From Hormiphora californensis (taxonomy: Eukaryota; Animalia; Ctenophora): a DNA stretch of 64,000 nucleotides. This document shows positions 12,401-25,975 of this stretch, piece by piece. The translations under genes and the position numbers were made by a program. The notes below the pieces were generated by a model. It did not search any database. It worked only from the letters and a program-made list of their open reading frames with translations, and was not told the DNA's origin. The stretch spans positions 3,906,001 through 3,970,000 of the forward strand of contig CM035351.1 of assembly GCA_020137815.1 (NCBI GenBank), read 5' to 3'. Every line of letters starts with the position of its first letter. Within the stretch, counting starts at the first letter, position 1.

Positions 12401-15400
12401 CAACCGATATTGTTACCGAGGAACGTGGCGAACCCGCTGAAATTGAAAAAGAGCGGCAGCTAGCAAGAGCAGATAGTGTTCAATCAAGACAGTCTTCTGT
12501 CAGAGCATCTACTTCTCCCTCCCGGATACCCGTCAGAAAACTGTCCAGGGAGAGCTTGGGCCGTTCATCTGTCTCCTCTACGACGAGTAGAGATTCGAGG
12601 AAGTTCGCTTACAGCAAGAACTCAAGCCGAGCGTCCAGTCCGGGATCGAGTCGAGTTAGGGCAGACAACGCAGAGAAAAGAGCAGCAGCGGACTTCCTAG
12701 GATCTCTTCAGTTCTCCAGCTCTAGAGACAGTTTTAGTTCAGCTAATTCTGTAAAGAAATCCAGGGAATCTCTAAAATCACAATCCCGAGACAGTGTCAC
12801 ATCAGAGAAATTAGAGAGGAAAACTGAAGAATCTATTCATTCGCAGTCTCGAAACAGTGTTGCTTCGGACAGGAAAGAGTCTCTAAAATCCCAGTCTCGA
12901 AACAGCGTTGTTTCAGATGGTAAAGATCCTCTAAAATCCCAATCCCGAGACAGCTTCACTTCCTCGTCCTCAGGTTCTACTGTCGAGAACCTGAAGAAGC
13001 ACTTTGAGAACCTGGCTTCATCCAGTACAGTGGAAGAGCCAGTCCAGCTTCCATTCTCTAACTCAGAGGAACAAACAAGGATGGCGACCTCCCGGGAGCT
13101 ATCCAAGATCCGGGACCCTGAACTAGCGTGTGAGAGCATAGAACTGGATGTGGATGAGCAGCACCTGGAGATGAGCAGTAGTGATGAGGAGTGGGAGTTC
13201 CCAACTGTTAATGCTGGTCACATGGTGGCAGTTCACGCTGATATGGGTGAACCCTACTCAACCAACCCCAGACCCGAGTCTACCGAACCCTACTCTACTG
13301 CAGTTGTTGTTGACAGGAAGGAGTCTATAGATGTCCCTCCCACAGAGACATCTTCAATATGTTCTGGGTCATTCATAAGTGATAACAGCTACCTCAGGAA
13401 GATAATACCTGAGGAGCCACAAAGTGAGCACAGCTCTGGGGTTTGGGATGGTGTGGAACCGCTGAATCTGAAATCATCAGCCAGAACAAACCAGTGCAAG
13501 TACGTGGTGATAGGACGTGCCCCACATGAACCTCTAGACGAGAACACTCTTCATTTCCCGACCATGGACGCTTATAGACAGTGGGCGGCCAACCAGTCCC
13601 TGTCTGATAGGAGTCTTGACGCAGAGTCATTTGTTGGTATGTACGATGATAGCGAGGAAGAAGAGGGCATGCTGTACAAACTGGTAAACCTTCAAACACC
13701 CATCTCAGAAATGGATGACTCACCCTTCAAGGAACCCATCACACCACTACACAAACTAAGACCTGTCCTGCTGGAGGAGGAGAGTATCGCTTCGTCGGAG
13801 GAGGGTGGAGAACACAAGAGTGTTCTCTCTGTTTACTCCAACCCCACCATCGTCTCATCAGGTTCATCTACCAGTACTATTGTGGACGGAGAGGAGGAGG
13901 AGGAGGGAGAGTACAAACTGGAGAAGGAGATCCGGCAAAACATGATGTATGAGCCTCCCCCGGAATACTTTGATTCGGAGGACCGGTGTACCAGTGCCCA
14001 ATCTAGAGATCTACCCGAGATGAAACGTGCCCCATCCCAAGCTAGCATCTCCAGTTCTATCTACTCGGCTGTTAGTAAGGATCTGGGGCACTATGCGGAT
14101 ATGTTTAACAACCAAATGCAGCCAGGCAACCAACCAGAGTCAATCCTGGACGGGGAGAGGTTTAGTAGGAAGTATAGTAAACGTGTGAGTGCCCTGAAAC
14201 CAGGTCAACAGCCCGTTCAAAGATCACTATCTCATCACGGTGCAGGGTCAGCTGCTACTCTCCCTCGGAACAGGAATAGTACCCACAGCTCTGAGGAGAG
14301 GGTGAAGCAGACATACACGTTGCCTAGGAAACCGAGGGAGAACACTCCAAACCTGACTACCTTCCTTAACCAGACTTATGGGGGTCGGGGTGCCTCCCCT
14401 AACGATACTAACACTAGTAGGCTACTGCACAGTAAATCTCTGACGATGGGTAGGGATAACAGGAAGTTTGAAGGGGAGGACTGGATGAATTCTCTACCTA
14501 GACACCTGGGAAGGAAACCTTATCTGAGATCACCTAACATGCGACAGGTAAATTACAGGTAAATTGCAACTCAATTACCTGAGCTAGGTAATTGAGTTGC
14601 AATTTGACTACAATTTCCATAGTCCATTTTCCTGAAAGAACTGGAGATGTTATTTGAGACTGACATCATAGAATCTAGGCTTGTAATATCATGGTACCTT
14701 CACGATTTGTTCATGAACAACTCTCCTCCCAGATTGATTGGAGTATGATGGGGAGAAAGGGAACAGAACCAGGCTTCCTCATGAATCCTACTGGAATAGC
14801 AGGTATCATTTTTATTGGCATTTGGTTCTGATCAGACATGACATCTTCCCTGCTCTGAAACATCTAGCTGCTAGAAACTCCTTTACCCATTACGACCCAA
14901 TACACTCTGACCACATCTATTAACTATTGCAATCCAGTATCCCAGTTGATTCCCCCCATTTCTTCAGTTGATGAGCATTGTGTGGCGATATGCGAAGAAG
15001 GGAACGGTAGAGTGCAGATATTCATTGAGGACGAGAGCGAGTACTGTATTAACAGTCTGACTAACCCCTGCGGGATAGCCATGAGTCCCGATAATATCTT
15101 TGTGTCTGACACTGACAAACACGTGGTCAAGATCTATGGAAGAGCTGCACATGAGGTCGCCGTGCTAGGTATGGACTTTCATCAGGAACAAGTTTTAGAT
15201 CTGTCAATGGAAATGAATTTCGGAAGTATTATCATATTCAAAGCAATATTGTTCATGGAGCTGTACTGTCCCATCCCTGTCCCTCTAAGGGACCACCTTA
15301 CAAAAAGTACCTCTGATCAGGGACCAACTAACCTCTCCCTCTAGGTGGTCCAGGAACGAGTAAAGGGCGGTTCAGAGAGCCCCGTGGGATTGCTTACAAC

Positions 15401-16335
15401 CAGGCTACTGGAGACTTGGCAGTATGTGACACGGAGAATCATAGAGTTCAGGTGTTTGATGTTCAGGGACACCTTATCAAGTGTATCGGAACCAAGGGAA
15501 AGGAACGGGTAAGTGGATATTTACTGATTCTAGGTTATTTACTGAATCCATCGAGAGAACTTCAAAATCCCAAATCATAGATTATCTTGGCATTATCTTG
15601 ATGATCTTAGTATCCCGATACCTGTCTCGGTCCGGCCTATACTGCGAATGTGACCAAAAGATTGCCCAAACGCTAACATCTCCCACTACAGGGCAACTTC
15701 AAGGAGCCGATATCGTGTGCGTATGACAAGTGGGGAAGGTTACTAGTATCCGACCACTGTAACTACAGAGTCCAAATATTTGACTCCCACTACCAATACG
15801 TGACGGACTTTGGAAAGTATGGCAAGAGCTCTGGGGAGTTTTGGGGAGTTAACGGGCTGTGTAGCCATAGCAACGGAGACATTCTTGTTGTGGATAGTGA
15901 CAACAACTGTCTTAGCGTTCATAGCAGTGATGGTCGCTTCATCAGTGTCTTTGGAAGGTACATTTCTAGTTTCTATCACAGATCCAACTGATACAAATTT
16001 AGAATCAGTTGAATTGAACCGGCCCGATTTGAGCGCACTTTCGCTAGGGTTTGAGAACCAAAACGAGGTTTGGCACCGCCAGACAGCATTCGTTTAGCAA
16101 AGTAGAAATCACTTTTGATGTGCCTTTTTCTTCTTCTTTTTGCCTGTTAAAACAGTTTGACTTCCCTATTATCAGGAAGGGGGCTGACCGATGGGAGTTC
16201 CTGTACCCACACTCTGTGGCAACTGACGAGGTCGGCAATGTGTTTGTTAGCGATTGGGGCAACCACCGAATTCACATCATGGACAAGAAACTACTCCCCT
16301 ACCTGGAACAGGAGTCCCACATGATTTACTATTAA
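9443..16335 (+). CDS. B-box zinc finger + long Ser/Arg-rich low-complexity region + C-terminal NHL-repeat beta-propeller protein (TRIM-NHL-like); 5' exon(s) not identified
   Basis: Phase-consistent GT-AG exons 9443-9565, 9762-14547, 14733-14802, 14968-15168, 15345-15508, 15692-15957, 16176-16335 (TAA). The first two join to CEACEDTALYACVSCPKLLCDRCAQIHSVSPARGNHQVV (B-box). The 3' exons give NHL repeats (GFLMNPTGIAV, GRFREPRGIAY...VCDTENHRVQVF, GNFKEPISCAYD...VSDHCNYRVQIF, EFLYPHSVATD...VSDWGNHRIHI). About 1,920 aa from the first recognised exon. Confidence 0.88.
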
Positions 16336-17348
16336 CACCCTCGACACACATTTGGAGGGGGGAGTAGTAATTGTCTACAATATCGATAAGGCAGACATGT
16401 CATATCAGGGCTTATAGGGTTAGAAAAAAGGGATAACGTGGCGATCTACCGATATAGATATCAAGTTGAATAAAGGCAGAGCTAGAGCAAAGATGGGGAA
16501 TATTGGTCACTCATGTGGATATAGTTTTCCGTTATGTTATTGTTTGTGTGATTTTGAATGCCGGATTATTTACCATTTCGATAGCTTGATTTTAATCAGA
16601 TTAATATGATATAGTGTTAGATTTTATCAAGAATGGACAGAGATTTAATTTTCAACTGCAAATGGAACAAACTCATCATATAACCTCAAGAAAAAAAGTT
16701 GCCCAAGTAAAAAAAATATCGGTCCCCTCGCGATCCAGTCTCAATCACCAATTCTATACTACTTTTATTTGTATTTATTTTTGACATTTATACGGGTACT
16801 ATCGGTACTATCTGTCTGGCGGCCAGACAGGATACTATTATAGATCGTGCACTGTACGACGTACAGACTAAAATTGCAATTGGGTACGTTATCAGTTCTC
16901 ATGAAATACCTGGTAGCGTCTTGGAAATTGTTGTCTGCACCAGCACTTTCGTAAAGTCCTGCACTTTCAACCCGATCATCACCAAACACAGCACAATTAA
17001 CAGATTCCATTATCATTGCTAGAAAAATAATTGTCAGGTTAATTCTTATCTCGGATTTGGAAAGTGGAAGCCATGAGTTGAAAACTAGGATCAGGGACTC
17101 GCCAGAAGAAAGATAGGAGGGAACGGTAACTGGGTGGGGTAAAATGTAAACTACACCAGTTGGGAGTTTGGAAACAAGCCAGTACTAGCTTGTACTAGCT
17201 TGTACACTGCAGCACTAGCAGGGAAAACGCCGAGTGCATTGAACCCGAGAGAGAGAGGATACTGACCAGTGCACAGGTTCATGTTTTTGTTATGATTATC
17301 TGATCGCTGTTCTTGCCCGCTCCACGTGCAGAAAGAAATGAGAATAGG

Positions 17349-18075
17349 ACGCCTCTAGACGGAGTCAGACGGGATTGAGACGTGCCGCTTAGACGGCGAC
17401 CCGTCTGAAACGGTCTCTAGTCTCTACCCGTTTAGCCTTTAGGCGGAGTTGGAGTTGGACGAAATCAGACGGAACCTCTGAAATCCTGTCTGGCCAATGC
17501 TCTGACCGCAGTTCTCGCGCACTCGGTCAGACCAATGCTCTGACAGCCTGTCTGGCGCCGCGACCCATCTGAGCGCACTGAGAATCAAATGGGGTCTGGC
17601 GCCGCCAGACAGCTGACAGCTGAAATCAGACGGAAACCAAACCAGTCTCAAGCACGTCAGAACGTCGCCAATAGAAATTTCGTCTCAAGCCCGCCTGACT
17701 CCGTCTCAAGCCCGCCTGGGCCAAAACCCGTCTAGCGTCTAGACTAGACGGTTAGCGGTAACTGTAAGGGCACACCGAATTAAGATGTTATTTGCCCTCA
17801 GCCAATCATTGGCCAAATTGCTTCATCTTGGGCTCGTTGGAAAAAGGGCATCGATCTCTTTCCGTGCTAGAGACGGAATTTCTATTGGCGACGTTCAGAC
17901 GTGCTCAAGACGGGTTTGGTTTCCGTCTGATTTCAAAGGTTCCGTCTGATTTCGTCCAACTCCGTTTAACTCCGTATAAATTACGGGTAGAGACCGTTTC
18001 AGACAGCACGTCTCAATCCCGTCTGACTCCATCTAGACGCAAAACCCGTTTAGACGTCGTTGGATCGGCGTCTGC
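17349..18075. repeat. Cluster of related AGACGG/CCGTCT-rich MITE-like copies in inverted orientation
   Basis: ~17620-17690 is the reverse complement of ~17870-17935, and ~17365-17480 of ~17940-18040. The motifs GGCCAATGCTCTGAC and GGCGCCGCCAGACAGC recur at ~1290, ~1820, ~16075, ~20125, ~21775, ~38170 and ~48990. Confidence 0.6.
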
Positions 18076-18488
18076 CGTCTATACGACGCAAATGAATATT
18101 TGCCCCCATTACCCCCCCCCCCCCTTACTCAACAAGTTTTGAGTACTTTTTTTGCCAATATCCCATTCCTCTAGCCCCCCCCCCCCCCCTCGCCCACTAT
18201 CCCGGACAGTGGCCAAACTTCAGAGACCCCCAAGCCCCAGGTTCGGCCTTTCTGGACCCTATTCTTTATTCAAAGAGTATGAGTAGTTCAAAGCATTTTG
18301 GTTTCAACTTGACGCCATGAGGGAGACATATGGCGAGTAGCGTTATGACTATTTGACAGATTTGGGTCTAGACTGTCCAGATCCGAATGTCTAGTAGACA
18401 TAGGAAGAGAGAGGGGAAAAAGTGAGAAAGAGATAGATAGAGATAAATTAGGGAGATGGAGGGAGAGTCAGAGAGAGAGAAATAATAA

Positions 18489-18592
<104 letters not shown>

Positions 18593-18801
18593 TGAGGGTT
18601 AGAGGGATAGCAAGAGAGCGGCAAACAGGTGTAATTGGTGGAGTGGGGGAGGAAGGGGGGACACTGTCTGTCGATTAGTATTGTTCACACGCGAGCCCTA
18701 CTCTACTCTTTTGCACTTGTGCAAATTTCAACCAGGAAGAGAGCAACTGACAGGGGGCGCCATATTCCATCCTTCTCTCTCTCTCCCTCTCCCTCTCCCT
18801 C

Positions 18802-18836
<35 letters not shown>

Positions 18837-19189
18837 CCTGCACTCGTCGTTTTAAACTGCCTGGGCAACTTCCTGATACTTGGCATTAATTTACGCCACT
18901 TGACATTTCACAGTTAAATTTCACGCCACCAATCCCGGCCTGCAAGTGCAAGAGCTGACCCTCAGTCCTCTTCAATGACTAATGAATGACTAATCTTGGT
19001 GGCGCCATGAGAAACTGTTCATTTACAGTTTCCGTACTTATCTTAACTACTGACAAATAATTAGAACACTCTCCTTTTCTCCCTTGCTGATGGTAAACAG
19101 ATCAAAACATTATTACTGGGTCTGACGTCAGCCCTCCGAATTTTAGCGGGGAATATGAACAGTTTCCTGGCACAATGCCAAGGAGAAAT

Positions 19190-19363
<174 letters not shown>

Positions 19364-20568
19364 GATTATATCACTGAAGGAGTCATCGAGACTTGAGTAC
19401 TTATGGGCCCTTTCATGAATTTATCTCTCCGTTTCCTCTAATTCCCCAACACATCTCCCCCCCCCCCCCCTGATATTTTATCATTGACCTTGGCACTCTG
19501 CATACACGTTATCTTAACACCTTTCCCGGGACCACAGAATCCGGGAGTCAAGTGAATGTAAGATTTGAGAAAATGAACGGACTTGGATCAGAGAGAAAGA
19601 GAGAGAGAGCTGTTGAGAGATAGAGAGAGAGAGAGAGAGAGATAGAGGTGTTAATAAGAGACTAATGAATTGAAGAGGATAAGGTTACACTTACAGTAAA
19701 TTTGGAGACTGGGAGTTTAGAAACACCGAGAAAAACATCATGTTCAGGCCTGTCGTTGAAATTTTCATACTGATTTTTAATTTTCATTGAATTTCAAGGA
19801 TGCCAGTCATTGTCTTCAAGACAAGCGACTCATTGAAAATAACCGGCAGCGGCCCTTGGATCAGACCCGAGGCTGCCGGTTATTTTCTTCCAGAATCCAG
19901 AATCCTGCTGAAAAGGAATTTTTGGAGCCAGGAAATATGAGTTGCCTTGTTCGACTCTTTCTAATTCTATCTGCGCCCGGCCGGTATGAGGTATCCCGGG
20001 AATATGGAGAGATCGCCTGAACCATTTTCGGCACAGCTAACCAAAAGGAACCATGGACTAGACACTCCTAAACGGATTATTAGCTAGGATTCACTAACAG
20101 ACCCTGTTTTGATTATGGGGTCGACGCCGCCAGACAGCCTTTCCGTGATTCGTAAACGGATTAACAGGAATTCCTATTCACCCAGAGCATTCATGTACAG
20201 AAAAGTGGGGCTATGGCGAGGGACTGAGGGAAGTCTTTTTGCAGCATACGAGAAACCCCATCTGCAGTATAGACCTCATGAACATGATTGAATAAGGGTC
20301 ACGCCATATAGTCTACGGTAGATCAGCCCCGATCATGCGCTATCAATATGTGAGTCTCACAGGGATCATGATCACTGCCTCGATTCCCCTCTCTTCTTTC
20401 GCTGTAACGGATCCTGTCTGGGAACTTATTTCCGGGTCTTGGATCGGGCCCAAAATCCTAGTTTTTGTTTTGAAATTCAAAAATAGAAAGCGAGGGACAG
20501 GTATCGAGGAGGAAGAAGGAATGCGGAAGAATTCAGAAGAAACTTAGCGTGAGAGAGTTAGAGCAGGT

Positions 20569-20666
<98 letters not shown>

Positions 20667-22777
20667 CAGCTCCTGGTGACTATGAAGTGCGGGCGACGTT
20701 GCCATGGCAACCCCTCAGATAACAAAGGACCCTAACAAGATAATGGGTGTTGGGAATTGCATTGGAGCCATAAGAACCTGTCCCTCATCATCATCATTGT
20801 CATTAGTGGTAAATCTCATTTTCCATGGAGAGAAAAACAGTGGACCGTGCCAGCCGGGTCATGTGATCGTGATTCCCGCGGCGACAGAATCTCAGAATGC
20901 CCTCAGGCAGCTGCAGAACCCGTACGTGATCTCGCAGTGTGTGCGTGTGTGTGTGACCACTGCCAGATACCGAAGTCGGCGCGGAGTCCCCTACAAAGTG
21001 ACCAAGATTAGCTATCTGCAGAGGAGGAGAAGGACAGCAATTGATAAGAATAGAATTTGCAATGAGATTGAGAGTCAAGTCATTGTCCTGAAAATTTAAT
21101 GATTTCGAATTGCAAAGCGGGAAATGAATTGCCGGTTGGGCCGTACCATGGAAATTCCATTGGAATTTGGAATGGGCATCATATTGGAAATGGAGAACCA
21201 TGGTACCATCCATGTTTATAGAGTAAGGGATGAGACTACCACATAGAGTACCATCCATGTTATACTTGCAGTAGGTTCGTCCATGGAAGCGCCATAATCC
21301 CAGACCTACTACCTACAACTATGACGAAACATTGCTCTAAGATTTCAGAAGTCAGAAGTCAGTGGCTTTTGGAATTTAAATCCCCTTTTTCTTTATTCAT
21401 GCAGCTGTCAGTTGTGCCCTAAGAGAAGGAAACGAAACATGTTTACCGCCGGCATTAGTAATTCTCAGGGTAACACTAACAATCTGATGTTGCCATGGTG
21501 ATCTATAATACGAAACACTGCACCGGTATTATGTGCACATAGCCTAGGGCACATTATGTGCATAAAGACCCAACGAGGGACTTGGAGAATCAGCCCCCGG
21601 ATATTGGCACGGTGCCAATATCCGGGGCACCCTCGCGGCCCACATCTCATTTGTGGACTGCCATCGATCAGAGCATTGACCTGAATTTTGATTAACGACA
21701 GTGCGCTCAGATGGGGTCGGAGCATTGACCTGACTCTGTTTTCATTTCCGTTTCGGAGCGTGCTAGAACCGCGGTCAGAGCATTGGCCATTTTGGCCTGG
21801 CAGATCTATCCGGGTTAGCACGTGGACGGAATCAGTTGAATTGTTCATCAACGAATCAGTTATTAGACGTGGATAAAATTTAATTTCTAGCCGTGCAAGA
21901 CTTCGTTCAGGTATCGCCAATATCAGAATATTTCATGTCATTTTCAGATTGATTAGGCCAGAGCCTAATAAAATTTAAAACTAAAGGCGGGAAAACTGCC
22001 CTGATATCGAGAAAATTTATACCGAGGCCTCAAGAGGGGAGAAAAAGACTGCCTAGAAATTTGGAATTTGTCAGTCCGAGTCTTGACTTCTTGGGCATGC
22101 AGCTAATGACCCGTCTGTGGATGGTTTGAATACACGATTCATTGCTAACTCAACTGAAATGCAGGCTGCAGCTCATTCTGGCTCGAAAAGAATAGCAGAC
22201 CAAGCCTTCAGTCTGATGCCTGGCAAAGGCCAAGAGGGGTCTAATGGGGGGGGGGGGGGGGGGAGGGACTTGATTTTTAAGAAAATAAGAATTAAGAAAA
22301 CCTTTTTAAAATTTTATAGGTGGAGCTCCATTCTCCCTGCCTAACGATGCTTCATTTTTATGATTAGGCAAGGACATTTTCAATTCCATACTATTCCTTG
22401 GATAAGGGAATCGAGCGAGATTTTGGTCTGAATCTGGGCAGGAATAGACAACTGCAGAGTCGACATCTGATTTTTCTGCCATGCTTCTTTGACTACTTCT
22501 TCTCACTCCATCACTTGTAGCTACTCTCCCCCATCTCGCTCACTGACCCCTGCCTACCTCACTTGTCATGCACTAGAATTGTTCATTGGATGAATACATA
22601 TATATATTGGGGGTGATAGATCGAACTGTGATACTTATGCTAATTAAACAATAATTTAAACCTGCTTGCGATGTTTGTATAACCCGGGCCTCACGCTGTA
22701 AATCTACCACCACCAGCAGGAATAATACAAACCGTGAGACTATACCAATTTATCTGTGATAGAGAGGGATGGAGATG

Positions 22778-22856
<79 letters not shown>

Positions 22857-23439
22857 GAGAGAGAGACAGAGAGAGAGGAGTGAGGAAACCCACTTAGCCT
22901 GCAGCAGAAGTCGTAACTCTCTAAGTAGAGCTTCCAGTAGTTCTAATCTAAAAGTTTAAAATGCGTGTGCCGATCTAATCGATTTAGACCCTCAAGACAG
23001 TAATTATTTACATTTAGGAAACATGCACATCAAGAGATGGAAGCATATGTTTCAATCTTGTGCATGTTAGGGGGCTCTCTCTATCTTGCGAGACTTAAAT
23101 TAGGGTGAGAACTGGGTGACTAAAAATAACGGCCACCTCATTTTAAGCCATGACATTATTATATGCGTGTAATTTCCTATTGATTCTCGATTCGTTGAAT
23201 CATCTGCAGTAGTCCCCAAATAAATCGGGCTCAAAGTTAATTCCACTCGCGGCCGCTACTAAAAAAGGACCAGAAATAATACTAAAATTTGAGGAATTGA
23301 TTCGATTAACGCGGGAAGGATGGGGTATAATTATTGTTTTTGTTTCTCATCTGCATCATGTTCTTGGTTCCCCTATAACTCTCATGGCAGCTTTCTCGTT
23401 CTCTCTCTATCTGTATATGTTTCAGGTTTCTCTCTCTCC

Positions 23440-23536
<97 letters not shown>

Positions 23537-23725
23537 AAAAGTAAAAGAAGATTCTAGATGCCCTAATATGCGGCACTCACGGCAAATCTTAGACCAATCT
23601 TGATTCTCGCGATGATACCAGCAATCTCCACCGCTTCTTTTTCTTCTAGGAGTTTTGGTTCGAATCTTTTGGCGGTCTGTCAGCACCTTTTGAATAGTAG
23701 ATTCCTCACATTGTAGCTGCTGGTA

Positions 23726-23801
<76 letters not shown>

Positions 23802-24335
23802 GAATGATTTACATAAGCTATCAATGGCGCCCTAAAGGGAACCCCATATTCATCGGACCGTGGAGACTAGAAATTATGGACGGCCACATGGAGTGAGAGA
23901 TAGAGAGCACTTTTTACATCGATTTCTAACCCCCACATAAATTATCCATGGCTCCCCGATGGTAGAAAAGATCTCAAGTTTCATGAATATAATATGGCCA
24001 TGGGCAATCCCAGAAATTATAAAGATAAAAAGGACCACTACATTTATGAAAATCATGAATGACGAAACTTCGACGTTCTAGCTTTGTGATTGGTAATCGT
24101 TAGACATTCGCCATAGAAATTAGAAACGATACGACCCCGAAGGTGGCCTTCAGGGTTTAAGTTTGCATGGAAAATTCAGTTGGAATTTAGGGCGTGAGAG
24201 ATGCGTGTTTTACCTCAGATAGGGCGTGAAACTGATACCCCCTCTCCTCGAGAGACTGAGAAAGAGTATAATAGTAGGAAAAGAGAGGGATAATAGTGAG
24301 AAATAGAGGAAATAAAGGAAAGGATGATTGTATGG

Positions 24336-24419
<84 letters not shown>

Positions 24420-25655
24420 ATAGAGAGAGAGATAGAGATAGAGAGAGAGAGAGAGATAGAGAGGGAGAATATAGGGCGGGAGAACAAAAGATTAAAAAGA
24501 GTTTATGGAAAAGTTATGAAGAATGGCCTAGAGAGAGAGAGAACGGGCCGGAAAAACGGGGAGAATGGATGGGTTGTTCATGGATTCCAAGGACAGATTT
24601 CCTGGCACCACGGCCGCTCTCGACCCTCTCTCTCTCGACCCTCTCTTCTTTCTTAGTGAGCTGTGCAATTAGATCAAAGGGCAAAACAACTTGGCTCAAG
24701 TTTATAAGTGCATCATAGGCAGGCTGATAAAATCAGTTAATATAGACGGTCAATTTCTTTCCTCTTCTCAAAGCTTCTCAGTCAAGCAAATCTGCGATAA
24801 AAACTATCAATAATCACGTCTCTCTCATCTTCTTCTTCGGCTAAAAACTGGTAATAACTTGGAGACAATGTGTAATTAATAGGGGAAATAATAACTTATG
24901 TTATTACCAGCTTTTCACGACATTCGCACATCTCTTTCTCTATCTTTCTCTCTTCGACAAAACCCCGGGTTATAGATTTTATACAAAAACAACTTATTAA
25001 AAAACTCACTCTCTGGCAACCCATTAGACCCAATAAATATGGGTTTATTTGGAGTTGCCAGACAAAACTCACAATCACACACAGACACGAACAGTGAGCA
25101 GTCATAAAAAGCAACGGCATTGCCGTACTACAGTAAAGTTACCGTACCCCCGCAGCAGCACCACTTCTAAAAACTTAAGGAATCAGGGGGTCATCGTTTA
25201 AACTTTAGGGTGGTCTAGAGGGGCTAAAGCTGCTGGGGGAGGTAACTAGACAGAGCTTCTACAAAACACCATTGATACTGAATAACCCTTGAATTGGGTA
25301 CAAAACGACGTCATTGTTATGCGTGTATATTTAATTGAATAAATAATTTACTATAAAAACGCAAAAGCATAGTATAATTCGAAATTCGTCCCGACTCCAA
25401 ATCACATTCATTGGTATGAATTAATTTTCATTGATTCAATTTTCTTTCCGATATACTATCAAAAGCTTTATCCATCTCGATATGACTTTCTCGACCTCGA
25501 TAAGTGTCTCTGATCACGTTGTCTCGCGTGCTCACTCTGTCATATCAAGGTCATCTTTCTCTTAAATGAAAGTCTCTCGTTACGGATTTAGTTCAGTGGA
25601 ATAGAAATAATAATGATGAATATATGCTCTCCTCCTTGATCCTTTTCCATTCATC

Positions 25656-25975
25656 CTACTCATCGTATCTCAACCTCTCGCGTATGATTTTCTGGACATA
25701 GAAACTGTTCGCTTTTGCAGGGTTTTTGAACCACTCTGACAAATCTCGACTGACCTTTTTCTGATCTAGTAACCGTTCAACCTCGTTGTACCGTGGACCA
25801 AAAGCGGGGCCGGTACCGCTCCCCGTGCTGCTACTTGATCCAGTCCGGGGCTCTGGCTTGGTGAAGCGCTTCACTTGTTCTCGAACCGGTGATATGGGAA
25901 CAAAACGGATGCTATTTTTCTTGGCAGATGCCCCTCCTCCTCCTCCTTTAGTCTTGGAACTCATCGACGCTAACT
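25656..25975 (-). pseudogene. Exon-like/ORF-like fragment of unknown family
   Basis: TTTTTAG acceptor followed by a protein-like 102-aa frame (MSSKTKGGGG...RERLRYDE*) that continues DEWKRIKEE past the TAG; no recognised homology. Confidence 0.3.

Noticed and set aside
10331-14048. Many short overlapping and antisense ORFs within the giant exon
   Set aside because: Shadow frames of the long coding exon with no independent support.
23680-23682. Selenocysteine or stop-codon read-through at TGA in an exon-like fragment
   Set aside because: No recognisable selenoprotein family or SECIS element, and a different frame is fully open.
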